Shown here in pieces: positions 51,800-64,000 of a stretch of 64,000 nt of DNA. The notes below the pieces were generated by a model. It had not been told where the DNA came from and ran no database searches. It saw only the letters and a list, made by a program, of their open reading frames with translations. The stretch spans positions 5,580,001-5,644,000 of the forward strand of contig NC_043024.1 in assembly GCF_006345805.1 (NCBI RefSeq). The letters are read 5' to 3'. The DNA is from Octopus sinensis (Eukaryota). Numbering within the stretch: the stretch's first letter is position 1; each line of letters opens with the position of its first letter. The translations under genes were made by a program, and so were the position numbers.

Positions 51800-51964
51800 G
51801 GTGACTCGGGAGGCCCGTTGACCTGTACCCGTAAAAGCGACAAGAAACTCGTTTTGGTCGGCGTTGTCTCATACGGCGATAAATGCGACAATGGAATGTC
51901 AATCTTCGCGAAAACCTCTTATTTCGCCGAATGGATCAAAGTCCACACAGAAAAGCAAGAATAA
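51800..51964 (+). CDS. S1 serine protease last exon with catalytic Ser (GDSGGP)
   Basis: CTTCTCTTCAAG|; encodes GDSGGPLTCTRKSDKKLVLVGVVSYGDKCDNGMSIFAKTSYFAEWIKVHTEKQE*. Confidence 0.95.
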   Translation, partial: GDSGGPLTCTRKSDKKLVLVGVVSYGDKCDNGMSIFAKTSYFAEWIKVHTEKQE

Positions 51965-52138
51965 TCTTGAAGTACTTGGGAACACATTTACCAGAAGAAA
52001 TGCATACGGATCAATGGATAATTGAGAATTAAAATCAACAAGAACTGCTGGATCTCAACTGCTATGAACATGGAAAATCAGAAAAAGTTTTCGTGTCACA
52101 AGGGTAGTTGTCAGTGGTGTACAGATAAATGTATATGA

Positions 52139-52180
<42 letters not shown>

Positions 52181-52584
52181 GTATATGTACATGTATATGC
52201 GCTTAGTCCGTTATATATATTCGTCTATGTATACAACACATGTAAATGTACACCGACTAATTAAAACAGAAAAATATCTATTTCACAATTTTCGATTTAT
52301 TTTCTTTTGTTTTGCAACAACATGAACAACAACCACGATAACATCAACGATTACAACAATAACGACAGAATAATATCAACAATAACCACAATAAATAGCC
52401 ATGTATGTATCACACCCAAGGCAAATACATCACGGGAAGCCAAATTTTAGTATATGTACTGTTGAAGCAAGTACACCGAAAGCCAAATTAGCGGCAGGAT
52501 TCGTTCAGAGATATCCCTTATTGACGTGTTGTGTTAAATAGTATAAGACTATTTCAGTAGCAGGTGAAAATGGCCCGGTCCCGG

Positions 52585-52645
52585 TGGCAAGAATGCTAGA
52601 TACGCATTTCTGCATTTTGGGACATCATCAGTAGCATGTACTCAA
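52585..52645 (-). ncRNA. Second, partly decayed type I hammerhead motif
   Basis: GAG-TAC-ATGCTA-CTGATGA-TGTCCCAAAATGCA-GAAA-TGCGTA-TC-TAGCAT-T-CTT; canonical core, weak stem II. Confidence 0.5.
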
Positions 52646-52732
52646 TGGTAACTGTTTACTAAGACAAAAGCAACTGAAAAAATTGCTGCCAATCTGAATA
52701 AAAATTCGCTATGGGCAACAGAAGCAGTATGT

Positions 52733-52874
52733 GACAAGAAACTCGTTTTGGTCGGCGTTGTCTCATACGGTGATAAATGCGACAACGGAATGTCAATCTT
52801 CGCGAAAGCCTCTTATTTCGCCGAATGGATCAAAGTCCACACAGAAAAGCAAGAATAATCTTGGAGTACTTGGG
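52733..52874 (+). pseudogene. Partial duplicate of the protease last exon lacking GDSGGP
   Basis: Near-identical to ~51839-51978 with a few substitutions. Confidence 0.9.
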
Positions 52875-53784
52875 GTATTTGGGGTACTTGGGGACTCAGC
52901 TACCAGCAAAATGTATACCATACTCAAAACAATTACCTCATAGAAAACTGTTATTCTTCAGAAAGAAATGCGCATCTACCATTTCCACCGCCGATGATGG
53001 ACAAGTTTCCACTGCTACTGATATATTTTGTGTTTTCAACACAGTGCGTCCAGAACAGATATTATGTCCTTACGGGCACAGCAGTTAACTTGGCTTTCCA
53101 TGATGTATTTACATTAAGTATGATAGGTAGATAGCTATATTTTAATCTAATATTGCTTTTGTTGCTACTAGAAAACCACTACAATAACACCAACAACATC
53201 AACAATAATGGTGCCAGCAAAATAAACAACAAAGACAACAGCAACCACAGTAACAACAACATTAACAAAAACAATAGCAACGACGACAGCATCAAGAACA
53301 GCAATAATTTTCATGTGTCCAGCTATAAATAACTAAATCTTACTCGAAAATCACGCATCTTAGTTTCATAAGCACAAAAGGGCACATTGGGTAATGTACT
53401 GTTTAGGTGTACAATAAACGAGAAAGAGACGAGGTGGCCATGGTTAGAAAGCCTGTTGCTCAAGGCTGATGTAGCCTAAACAGCAACAACGACAGCAGCA
53501 ACAATAATAATTATATCAAAAACGTGCCAATGAGAAAGCCTCTACGTGGTTGTTAGACCTCCTAGAAATAGCAGTCGTTGATATAAATTAATAAATGACA
53601 ATGGAACAGGTGTCGAGTAATCATCTAATGAACTTACGGCTGTTTCTGTCATTTGATAGCTCCGAAAAAGCTATAGGACGTTGTACAACACGTTGGTTCT
53701 TATAGCAGTAAAAACAGTGAGATAATGACGTCATTTATTAATCAATGATGCTCTTTCTGTACCAGCGTAACAATTTACAATGTA

Positions 53785-53828
<44 letters not shown>

Positions 53829-53965
53829 TCTTTTACTCTTTTAGTCGTTTCAGTCATTTGACTGTGGCCATGCTGGAGCACCGCCTTAATACGTGTGTGT
53901 GTGTGTGTGTGTTTTAAAAACTGTTTATCTGGTTATTGCAAGTCTAAGCGAAATCATAAGATAGG

Positions 53966-54051
<86 letters not shown>

Positions 54052-54052
54052 T

Positions 54053-54513
<461 letters not shown>

Positions 54514-54804
54514 GGTGATATATATGTGTGTCCAAATAATTTTCATAGGCAGAGGAAAGGCGCACTCGTAGATTACGAGGTAATATGCAATATCAATTTA
54601 GCTTCGTAACAATCAATTTCTGTTACTAGTGTCGTACAAAACTAAAAGTCTTCCAAGACTGGAAAAATATTTTAATACTCATCAGACATTGCTGATCGAA
54701 AAAATATAAATGTGTTTCTTTTATTCTGAAGGTTTGAAACACCACAACCAGTCGACGAGTCTCACAGATACTACCATCATAATAATAATGATAATAATAA
54801 CGTT

Positions 54805-55140
54805 TCTCTAAAAGAAATGGAGAAACTCTCAAAATACAAAGACCTGGAAATAGAGGTAACCAGAATGTGGAATCTAAAAACAGAAACAATTCCTATCATA
54901 GTAGGTGCATTAGGCATGATAAAAAAATATTCAGACAAATACATAACAAAAACACCAGGACTTACAAACACATATAACATACAGAAAATTGCACAACTAG
55001 GCACTGCACACATCCTACGCAGAACACTTTCCATACAATAACCATCAGAGCATCACAACAAATCACAGCACATACCCAAGGCACACAGAGCTGCGCTCGG
55101 TAGTGAAGAGAAAGCACGCTATAAAAATAAAACTACTGAA
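54805..55140 (+). mobile_element. R4/Dong-like 3' end between (TAA)n tracts
   Basis: KLSKYKDLEIEVTRMWNLKTETIPIIVGALG (KxxKY endonuclease motif). Confidence 0.85.
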
Positions 55141-55143
55141 TAC

Positions 55144-55204
<61 letters not shown>

Positions 55205-55205
<1 letters not shown>

Positions 55206-55780
55206 TGTAAACACTACAAAATCAGCACCCCTGCTTACTGGTATGAACACTATACTGAGCCAATCGTTGAAGGTGAAAATGTTACTATCCTCTGAGATTT
55301 TACCGTCAACACTGACAGGACAATCCAGGTTAATCGACCAGACATAGTTACTAAAGACAGAAGAAAACATTTGTAAGTGTTTCCTCTGATAAAAATATAT
55401 CTGTCAAGGAATTTGACAAACTAAGTAAATATAAGGACTTGGAAATTGAAATACAAAAGATGTGGCATCTTAAAGCAAGAACTTTTCCAGTTATTGTAGG
55501 TGGTCTTCTAGGTATGATAAAAAAAGGGGATGTCAGAAACATCTAGATAGGATCCCAGGAGAATCATGTCTCAGAGAAATCCAAAAGACTGTACTGACAA
55601 GTACTGTCCACATCCTTAAAAAAAACCCATCCATTTAAATGTCTGTGTTGTATTACATGAAGATATTTCTTCCCTTCCCCAAAGCTTTTAGTCGTACTGT
55701 AACATCTATCCTTCATTCGCCCTAGGACACTGGTTGTGTCTCGACAAGTGACTGTTAGAAACATGCAGATTAAAAGTAAA
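55205..55780 (+). mobile_element. Second R4/Dong-like subfamily 3' end
   Basis: NRPDIV, KLSKYKDLEIEIQKMWHLKARTFPVIVG; follows (TAA)n and ends at (GAA)n. Confidence 0.8.
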
Positions 55781-55942
55781 GAAGAAGAAGAAGAAGAAGA
55801 AGAAGAAGAAGAAGAAGAAGAAGAAGAAGAAGAAGAAGAAGAAGAAGAAGAAGAAGAAGAAGAAGAAGAAGAAGAAGAAGAAGAAGAAGAAGAAGAAGAA
55901 GAAGAAGAAGAAGAAGAAGAAGAAGAAGAAGAAGAAGAAGAA
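55781..55942. repeat. (GAA)n microsatellite, ~54 units
   Basis: Directly visible. Confidence 0.95.
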
Positions 55943-56603
55943 TGCAATACCAGACACTGGCGCTCATGGCTTCTGATTTTAACAGGTTGGGAGTGTTATC
56001 ATGTACATGTCTTGTCTTGGTATAAAAGATGGGCTGCAGCAAATATTCTGCTCAATACCACAGAATTGCTTGTCAGTTGTTTGACCATAACCAGTTGAGC
56101 ATGTCCCTTAGTGGCTGACGATATATGCATCTCTGATCACAAGTAGGAGTAGCCATGTGTTGAAAGGAATTCTGTGAGGTTTGAATAAGTCACCTCTGGA
56201 AAAATGGGTTTTTCGTTCAACATCCTTAAACAACATCCTTAAACTTTATTTAGGGACCGTTTGAGAGAGATGGGCTACTCGGCCTGAGAAAACTTTAACT
56301 GGGCCTCACCTGCAAGGTCATGCGCTGCTTATCTTGACATGAAATTACAATTGTGTGTGTGTGTATATGTATATATACACACACAATATATACCTTAACG
56401 CAAGCAGGACTTTATAGTTAGGTTCAGTCCCACAGCGTGGCATAGCCCTCAGCTGGCCCATATTTTCTGAGAGAATTTCATAGACGGAAACTGTGTGGAA
56501 TCCCGTCATATACATATTTGCGTGTATATATACACATATACACATATGCATACGCGTGCACACACGTATATAGGTATGTATGTATGTATGTATGTATGTA
56601 TGT

Positions 56604-56669
<66 letters not shown>

Positions 56670-56694
56670 GGATGGATGGATGGATGGATGGATG

Positions 56695-56794
<100 letters not shown>

Positions 56795-57589
56795 GAGGAG
56801 GAGGAGAAAGAGAGATTCATGATGGAGGGCGAGGATATTTGTTGGGCTGAAATAGAACAAAAACCAAACGATCGCATGAACACAGAAAAATTGCACGAAA
56901 TAAACAAATGGAAAACGATTTGAAAAGCGTGAGATAATATAAGGAGAAAAATAAGGAAGTCAATCAATACAAACTTGGGGCAGTGATTTAATGAATTGCT
57001 TAATTCAATAAATTGCTTAATTTAATAAAATAAAACGAAAAGGATCTTTAGTAATTCCCCCCCCCCCCCGCCGCCGTCATGTTTAACGAAAGTCTATGTG
57101 TAACTAATGAAAGGCTGTTCTAGTTTAAGAATTCCAATCACGCTCTGTGTGTCGTTAGAAAGGTAAGTTCACATAACAGAAAGACTAAAAGAAAACCTCG
57201 CAAAAGTAAAAGAAAAAAACGTTATACAAAAGATCGTATAGGGATGAAATACGAAGCTCAGAAGGAATTAGTAGATGGAAGAAAGAACAAAAATACATCA
57301 GACATCTCCAAAATAATAATGGTTCCAGCAGTTCTTCAAGGTATCCTTGTTCTAAGATAAAGTCGTGTTAGAAGCCATCTCATCAACTGGCAATGAGGAT
57401 ATTCGCTTAACTATATTGTAGGCTATAATCTCAAGGCTACAAGGCGGATGATTAAAATCCTTATTAATATAGAACAGAGCTTCGGTAGACATGCAATTCG
57501 ATCTAAAACTGCTGGTTCCTAGATTTGAAGTAATATCTCAGAAAATGACAACTAAATTTCGTGCGAAACGTTATTCTCAAATTCATAGG

Positions 57590-57900
57590 CTGGAAGAAGG
57601 CAATAGGATCATCCCAAAGTCCATCGAACTAATGACCATTATATACCAGCACACAAATTTGAGAATTCTTTATATAAACAACCAGAATATATGCATAATT
57701 TGGCTCCACCATACTCACAAGGAAAAATTTATCCTCGCTTTTCTCGATCCAAGTCCAGTTTTTGAAAAATATTAATGATTTCCTGGTGTTCAGGATATCA
57801 TTATCTGAATCATTGATAAATATATATGCCTTGGCGAAATACAGTGCTTTTAGTATGGTCGGTCTTGTTAAGAAAGTTACTGCTTTGTACATGATGAATG
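57590..57900 (-). mobile_element. Decayed Penelope-like reverse transcriptase fragment
   Basis: ILKALYFAKAYIFINDSDNDILNTRKSLIFFKNWTWIEKS...VSM...GLWDD resembles, from memory, the PLE RT segment ALxFA...ARKSLLF...WxKK...FDVTMG...GLYRDD. Confidence 0.55.
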
Positions 57901-58091
57901 TTCTTAAACCAGCTAATGACGAACTTACTGAGAAGTTCATAATTCGTTCGTATTTCTACTTTAGACATGCAAAAGGACAGACTCACAGATAGATAGATAG
58001 ATACACATATATGATATCCGTGAGGCAGCTAATGATGGAGGTATGTTGGATTGTTGCTTTGGCTGTGGAATAGTAAAATAGCACATCCTTT

Positions 58092-58147
<56 letters not shown>

Positions 58148-58453
58148 TTAATTTATTGACCCCGAAAGGATGAAAGGCAAAGTCGACCTCGGCGGAATTT
58201 GAACTCAGAACGTAACGGCAGCCGAAATACGGCTACGCATTTCGCCCGGCGTGCTAACGATTCTGCCAGCTCGCCGCCTTCTTTTTGACATATATATAAC
58301 CATCATGCTGCTAGCAGCGTTTACAGAATTCGCAAAAGAACTGAAACATCTGCTAGGAAAGAAACTAAGATAAACACATTCATAGAATTTGCCTATTGTA
58401 TTGTACAAAACTACATTAATTGTACACACACAGACACACTCATTCGTATATAT

Positions 58454-58495
<42 letters not shown>

Positions 58496-58890
58496 TTAAC
58501 GGGCATCATTCTTTGTAAAATACATTACAAAAGGCGCGATGAAAATCAATGCAAACCATGAACAGCAGTAAAATAACTTTAATGGTGGAAGTACCAAATG
58601 GTATTTAGACAGATTGTTTTCGGAAAATAAAAGCAAAGTTAAATACATTCGAGAGAAGAATTGCACGTCTTTGTTTTCGTTCTTTCTTTTCTTTTCTTTC
58701 TCTTTTGTTTTTTTTTTTCTTTTTTCCTTTTCTTATAGTTGAAATTGACCGAATTGTTAGAGTCGGATGAAATGTCTGGCGGGTTTTTCTTCTGTCAATT
58801 GATGTTCTGACTTCGAATTCCCGCCGAGGTTATTTTATCTGTCACCCTTAAGGGGCAATAAAATAAGGATTAGTTCAACTCTAGGGTAAA

Positions 58891-59298
58891 TACCTATTTC
58901 TTTACTACTCATAAGGGGCTAAACACAGAGGGGACAAACAAGGACAGACAAAGGGATTATATCGACCCCAGTGCGTAATTGGTACTTATTTAATCGACCT
59001 CGAAAGGATGAAAGGCAAAGTCGACCTCGGCGGAATTTGAACTCAGAACGTAGCGGCAGACGAAATACCTATTTCTTTGTTACCCACAGGGGGCTAAACA
59101 CAGAGGGGACAAACAAGGACAGACATAGGTATTAAGTCGATTACATCGACCCCAGTGTGTAACTGGTACTATATTTATCGACCCCGAAAGGATGAAAAGC
59201 AAAGTCGACCTCGGCGGAATTTGAACTCAGAACGTAGCGGCAGACGAAATACCGCTAAGCATTCCGCCCGGCGCGCTAACGTTTCTGCCAGCTCGCCG
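58891..59298 (-). mobile_element. SINE A1 dimer
   Basis: Junction GAAATACCTATTTC at ~59062-59075. Confidence 0.85.
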
Positions 59299-59805
59299 CC
59301 GTTACTCTTGGGTAAATATAATCTATTTAACCCCTCCCCCGAAATTGATGGACTTGTGCCAAAATTTTAAATCGTTATTATTGTTGTTGTTGTTGTTGCT
59401 GAGAGGGCAGTGCGTGCCATCAAAGTGACATCGGGGTACAAATATACAAAGCCCAATATACTTGTCATCACTACCCGTCTGATAAGGGTACACCAGACAC
59501 ATGCATCACAACCATATGTGCGCGACATGGTGATCTCATATGGAGATAAACAATGCATGACCTTGCAGGTGGGGCCCAGTCAGAATTTTATTCTGATCGA
59601 GTACCCGTCCCGCTCAAAAGGTCCCTGAATAAGGGTTGTTTAAGGATTTTGAACGAAATACCCATGTTTCCTGAGGTGAATTATCCGAACCCCAAAGAAT
59701 CCCTCTCAACACATGGGTATGTGCTCCCCCACTACTTCTGCTCATGATCAGAGATGCACATATCGTCAGCCACTAAGGGACATGCTCAACTAGTTACGGT
59801 CAAGC

Positions 59806-60037
59806 GGTGAGCTGGCAGAAACGTTAGGACGCCGGGCGGAATGCTCAGCAGTATTCCGTCTGCCGCTACGTTCTGTGTTCAAATTCCACCGAGGTCGACT
59901 TTGCCATTCATCCTTTCGGGGTCGATTAAATAAGTACCAGTTTCGCACTGGGGTCGATATAATCGACTTAATCCGTTTGTCTGTCCTTATTTGTCCTCTC
60001 TGTGTTTAGCCCCTTGTGGGTAGTAAAGAAATAGGTA
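59806..60037 (+). mobile_element. SINE A1 inserted into a family C element
   Basis: Family C sequence resumes at GGTATTAAGCAGAAT after the SINE tail. Confidence 0.85.
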
Positions 60038-60109
60038 TTAAGCAGAATATTTGCTGTAATTATTATTATTATTATTGGTGTTGTTGTTGTTGTTGTTATA
60101 TAATTACTT

Positions 60110-62212
60110 TTATTATTTACTTTTGATCACTTGCCGAGACACACCCAGTGTCCTGGACGAGTGAAGAATAAGAGATGTTACAGTGTCACTGAAAGCTTGG
60201 GGAGGGGAAGTGGCAGGGACAGTAGCGAAATCTATATATATAAAACTCAACTTGTGTGTCTGTGTGTGTATCTGTGTGTGTGTGTCTGTGTGTTTAACTT
60301 CCCGGCACATCTCCTCCTAGCCAACAAATCGTAGAACCACCAAAAATGGGTCACTTAAAGTTTAGGCGAATGAAAATTGAACTGCGCTATTTCTGTTCCG
60401 CAATTCATCTCGCAAGTGCAAAAATCGATAATGTGTTTGTTTAGGCCTTATCCCATGCATTGAATAGTGAACTTTACTCAGTCAGCTGTTTGACGTGAAC
60501 TGTGTTCACCACGCGTGCAAGCATGCGTAAATTGCATGAAAAATAAAAAATCAAGATATAAAAACGAATCGATGTAAACATTGTAGAAATTCGGCAAATA
60601 AATGAGAGTTTTTTCGTATTAATCGTTTGGACTTTGTGAACACATACCAATTGTTTTCATAACATTTTTAACGCTTTGAATTAAATGTGACCATTTTGCA
60701 AGGCCGGGCAATACTGCTAGGATCTTCATATAATACAACACAGACATTTAAATGGATGTGGGCAGTATTTGTCAGCACAATATTTTCGATTTCTCTGAGA
60801 TTTAGTTCTCCTGAGATCTTATTTCGATGTTCCTGACATCTCTTTTTTACCATACCTAGGGCATCTACAATAACAGGAAAAGTTCTTGCTTTAAGATGCC
60901 ACATCTTTTGCATTTCAATTTCCAGGTCCTTAAATTAACTTAATTTGTCAAATTCCTTTACAGATATATTTTTATCAGTGGGAACACTTACATTTATTAG
61001 TCTAGAAATGTTTTCCTTCCCTGTCTTTAATAATTATGTCTGGTCGATTAGCCTGGATCGTTCTGTCAGTTTTGACTAGAAAATCCCAGAGGATAGTGAC
61101 ATTTTTATCTTCAACGATTGGGTCGGGACGGTGTTCATACCAATAAGCAGGAGTGGTGATTTTGTAGTGTTTACATATTTTCCAATGTAAATACACTCCT
61201 ACCCTATCGTGGCGATTTTTTTATTCGTTTAGTGTCAGCACAAGACATCCCGAGACGAGATGGTCTATTGTTTCGTCAAATGTGTCGCAGAATCTGAATT
61301 TAGGGTCAGAACCGTTTTGAAGAACGTTAGCCTGGTAGTATTTTTTAAAGCAAGCTTTGAACTTGTGCCACTAATATGAAACTTTCAGTCCAGAACTTCT
61401 CAGCCAGTAATGAGTTGTTGCTTGGTCTACATCAGCATTTCGACTTCGAAGTGTTTACTGTCCGTACAGAGGTTTCTGGCTCCACCGCTCCTCAATTTGT
61501 TTCTGCCCATTCTTTTTTGTAGTCTGTTTGATCCGTTTTGCTTGTTTTGTGGCAGTGGTTTCAAGTTCTTCAGCTATTTCAGGGTTAATGTCAATTTCCC
61601 TTGCGAATTTGCAAGCTCCCTTGACAACAGAATGAGATGTTTTGCTGCTTTCGTGTTTGCACACAAACCAGAGCATCTAGTCCTCTGTACTAGATAAATA
61701 CCTGTTCGTTGCTATAGTGGAGGTCTTATAGGACAATTCTACCCGCATCATTCCTCTTCCCTCATTAATTCTAGGTAAGTACAGACGATCATGGTCTGCC
61801 TTTGGGTGGTGCATGTTCTTAGATGTTAGTAGTTTTCTTGTCTTCCTGTCCAGCTCTGTAAGATTCTAGTTAATATAAAACTATATTAGGCTGCTGGAAG
61901 TGCCTGGGTGTTAATGGCTTCGATGCAATTTTTCCAGTTGAGTTCAGTTTTTAGTATGAGTCTTACTCACCTGTAATACTCCTTTCTTAGTTTTTCCTTC
62001 ATAGTAGCATGTTGTATACCATCTCCTTCGTTTATCCCCAGGTATTTTTAATTTTCTTGTGGGTCAAGCTCTTTGATGATAGAGTCGGTATCTAAATTAA
62101 TGGAAGTTATTTGCCTGAGCTTGCCTCTTACAAAACTTGCTTTAGCACACTTATCAAGGCCAAAATTCCTCCCGGTGTCATTGCTGAACTCTTTAAGAGT
62201 TGTTAGCAGCCC
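60110..62212 (-). mobile_element. 5'-truncated, decayed R4/Dong-like LINE (RT C-terminus, zinc knuckle, RLE, 3' UTR)
   Basis: FGLDKCAK, KYLGINEG, DRLYLPRINEGRG, ILWDFLVKTDRTIQANRPDIIIKD and QKMWHLKARTFPVIV; 3' end similar to 55640-55780. Confidence 0.85.
60231..60720 (-). mobile_element. HINE/Helitron-like element inside the R4-like 3' UTR
   Basis: TCTATATATATAAAACTCAAC(TG)n at one end and GGCCGGGCAATACTGCTAG at the other; the host 3' UTR resumes on both sides. Confidence 0.6.
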
Positions 62213-62224
62213 CGTTATTATTAT

Positions 62225-63290
62225 TACAATGAAAGTATCACACGAGAAGGCCCGCCACCCATCATCTCTGCAGCTGGAAATAGCGAGGAGTGGGCTTAAT
62301 TTGAGTTGAGATGGTCTGACTACAAACAAGCCACTCGTCTTACGAGAAATGACGTAGTCTTTCAGCTTCTCAGATGTTGCAATGATACCCTCAGAAAAGA
62401 TCTCTGATGGATGTTTGGCGCTTAGGCTTCCAGTCACATTAAGTCCGCCAAGAAAATGTCATGGTCGCTCGTGTGCAGCTACAAAAAATGTGCCACGACT
62501 GGGACGGCCCGGTCGGGACATTCGCTGCACATTTTCGAGGGCAGGTAGGGGTGTGCAACTTCAAGGTGGAATGCCCCTGGGAGGCCTGGCATGTCACGAT
62601 TGATTACAGTGACGTTATAGTCCGCAATGCGCTCATACGTGGTTTGGGGTACAAGGAGATCCGCCTTAACATCCTCGGTAACTCCAATCAGGGCATGACC
62701 CGGGAAGAAGCCCTGAAATACATCGAGGCAAAAGAAAGCGGAAAACGCTCAGCCAGCCAGTTCGTGGGTCAGAGCACCACCTCAACCACCTATTTCTTTA
62801 TTGCCCAGAAGGGGCTAAACATAGAGGGGACAAACAAGGAAAGTCAAATGGATTAAGTCGATTACATCGACCCCAGTGCGTAACTGGTACTTAATTTATC
62901 GACCCCGAAAGGATGAAAGGCAAAGTCGACCACGGCGGAATTTGAACTCAGAACATAACGGCAGACGAAATACGGCTACGCATTTCGCCCGGCGTTCTAA
63001 CGTTTCTGCCAGCTCGCCGCGGTTCGTATGGACACCAGGAGCGGTAATTCTTCATAAAAAAAAACTGGGAACTCCGTGATACACCCACCCCAAACCCCTG
63101 AAGTCACTGCAGAAAACTTGGCCACAGTCGTCATGAGGAATTGCCCCGCCTACAACCAGATGTACGCAATATGTGGTATCCTGCACCACTATGAGAGTGT
63201 CTGCCGCCGACAATGCCGTCCCCAGTAGCAGGTTCAAACCAACGCAGCTGACGCGGAAGACCACACGTCTGTAATATTCAACAGCCTATG
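62225..63290 (+). mobile_element. Ty3/gypsy-like gag relic, interrupted by a SINE at 62790-63020
   Basis: SAAGNSEEW, RWSDYKQAT, MVARVQLQ, VRNALIRGL and YIEAKESGKRSA; knuckle-like HCRKLGH...CPAYN after the SINE. Confidence 0.65.
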
Positions 63291-63500
63291 GGAGGTAATA
63301 TCGAAAGAAGTTAAAATAGTGTTTGTGAAATGTTTATTACAGTTACTTCCCTTAAAACCTCTTTTTTTTGTTTTTGTTTTTGTATGGGAGGTAGTGAGAA
63401 TGTCTTTATGTAAGCTACGCTGTACTAGTTGTTTCCCTTGAAATATTATATGGTGGGAAAGTCGACCCAGGCGAAATTTGAACTCGGAACATGAACTCTG

Positions 63501-63733
63501 GCGGCGAGCTGGCAGAAACGTTAGCACGCCGGGCGAAATGCTTAGCGGTATTTCGTCTGCCGTTACGTTGTGAGTTCAAATTCCGCCGAGGTCGACTTTA
63601 CCTTTCATCCTTTCGGGGTCGATAAATTAAGTACCAGTTACGCACTGGGGTTGATGTAATCGACTTAATACCTATGTCTGTCTTTGTTTGTCCCCTCTAT
63701 GTTTAGCCCCTTGTGGGTAATAAAGAAATAGGT
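63501..63733 (+). mobile_element. Full-length SINE A1 with target-site duplication
   Basis: ACATGAACTCTG at 63489-63500 and 63734-63745; defines the SINE 3' end as ...AAAGAAATAGGT. Confidence 0.9.
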
Positions 63734-63774
63734 ACATGAACTCTGACAAAGCCTTTCAACAATTCTGCCAACTC

Positions 63775-63810
<36 letters not shown>

Positions 63811-64000
63811 AAACAAAAGAAACCACAGGTAATTAAAATAATCAATCTTTCAAATAAAGACCTTATACCTAACGAAATAAACATACTTTCCAAAGGAATT
63901 AAATATACCCCAACCCCACAACGTTCAAATTACTCTGGAATGAAAGACGATATTTCGGAATTTTGTAGGAAATTAAGACTTGCCGAGGAATTTCATGGCA

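Noticed and set aside
63501-63590. tRNA genes
   Set aside because: A/B-box-like heads belong to SINEs and run into SINE bodies; no complete cloverleaf was recognised.

Overview
AT-rich, microsatellite- and transposon-dense animal DNA. It is most consistent with an octopus (coleoid) genome, judged from tandem HTGEKP C2H2 zinc-finger genes, tRNA-derived SINEs and RTE LINEs; the taxon is an inference. There are two host-gene loci. (1) A minus-strand tandem C2H2-ZNF cluster: the 5' flank of a paralogue lying just left of the window, an 11-finger ORF at 5380-6324, and a stop-interrupted ~15-finger pseudogene at ~18280-19565. (2) A plus-strand spliced S1 (chymotrypsin-fold) serine protease missed by the ORF track, with four exons from 40803 to 51964 carrying the NDIA and GDSGGP motifs; its 5' exons were not found. 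The rest is SINEs, RTE, R4/Dong-like, Tc1/mariner, Helitron-like, gypsy and Penelope-like relics. The standout is 14053-15781: a ~363-bp tandem/inverted repeat in a (TA)n tract carrying four type I hammerhead ribozyme motifs. These have a variant U3-A8 core, and the flanking stems show compensatory base changes between two sub-types, i.e. a retrozyme/Penelope pLTR-like self-cleaving RNA unit. Also notable: an ORF1-only LINE-like element sharing its 3' tail with a SINE, and a ~710-bp spacerless palindrome in the predicted ZNF intron. All alignments and RNA folds were done by eye; TE boundaries are approximate.
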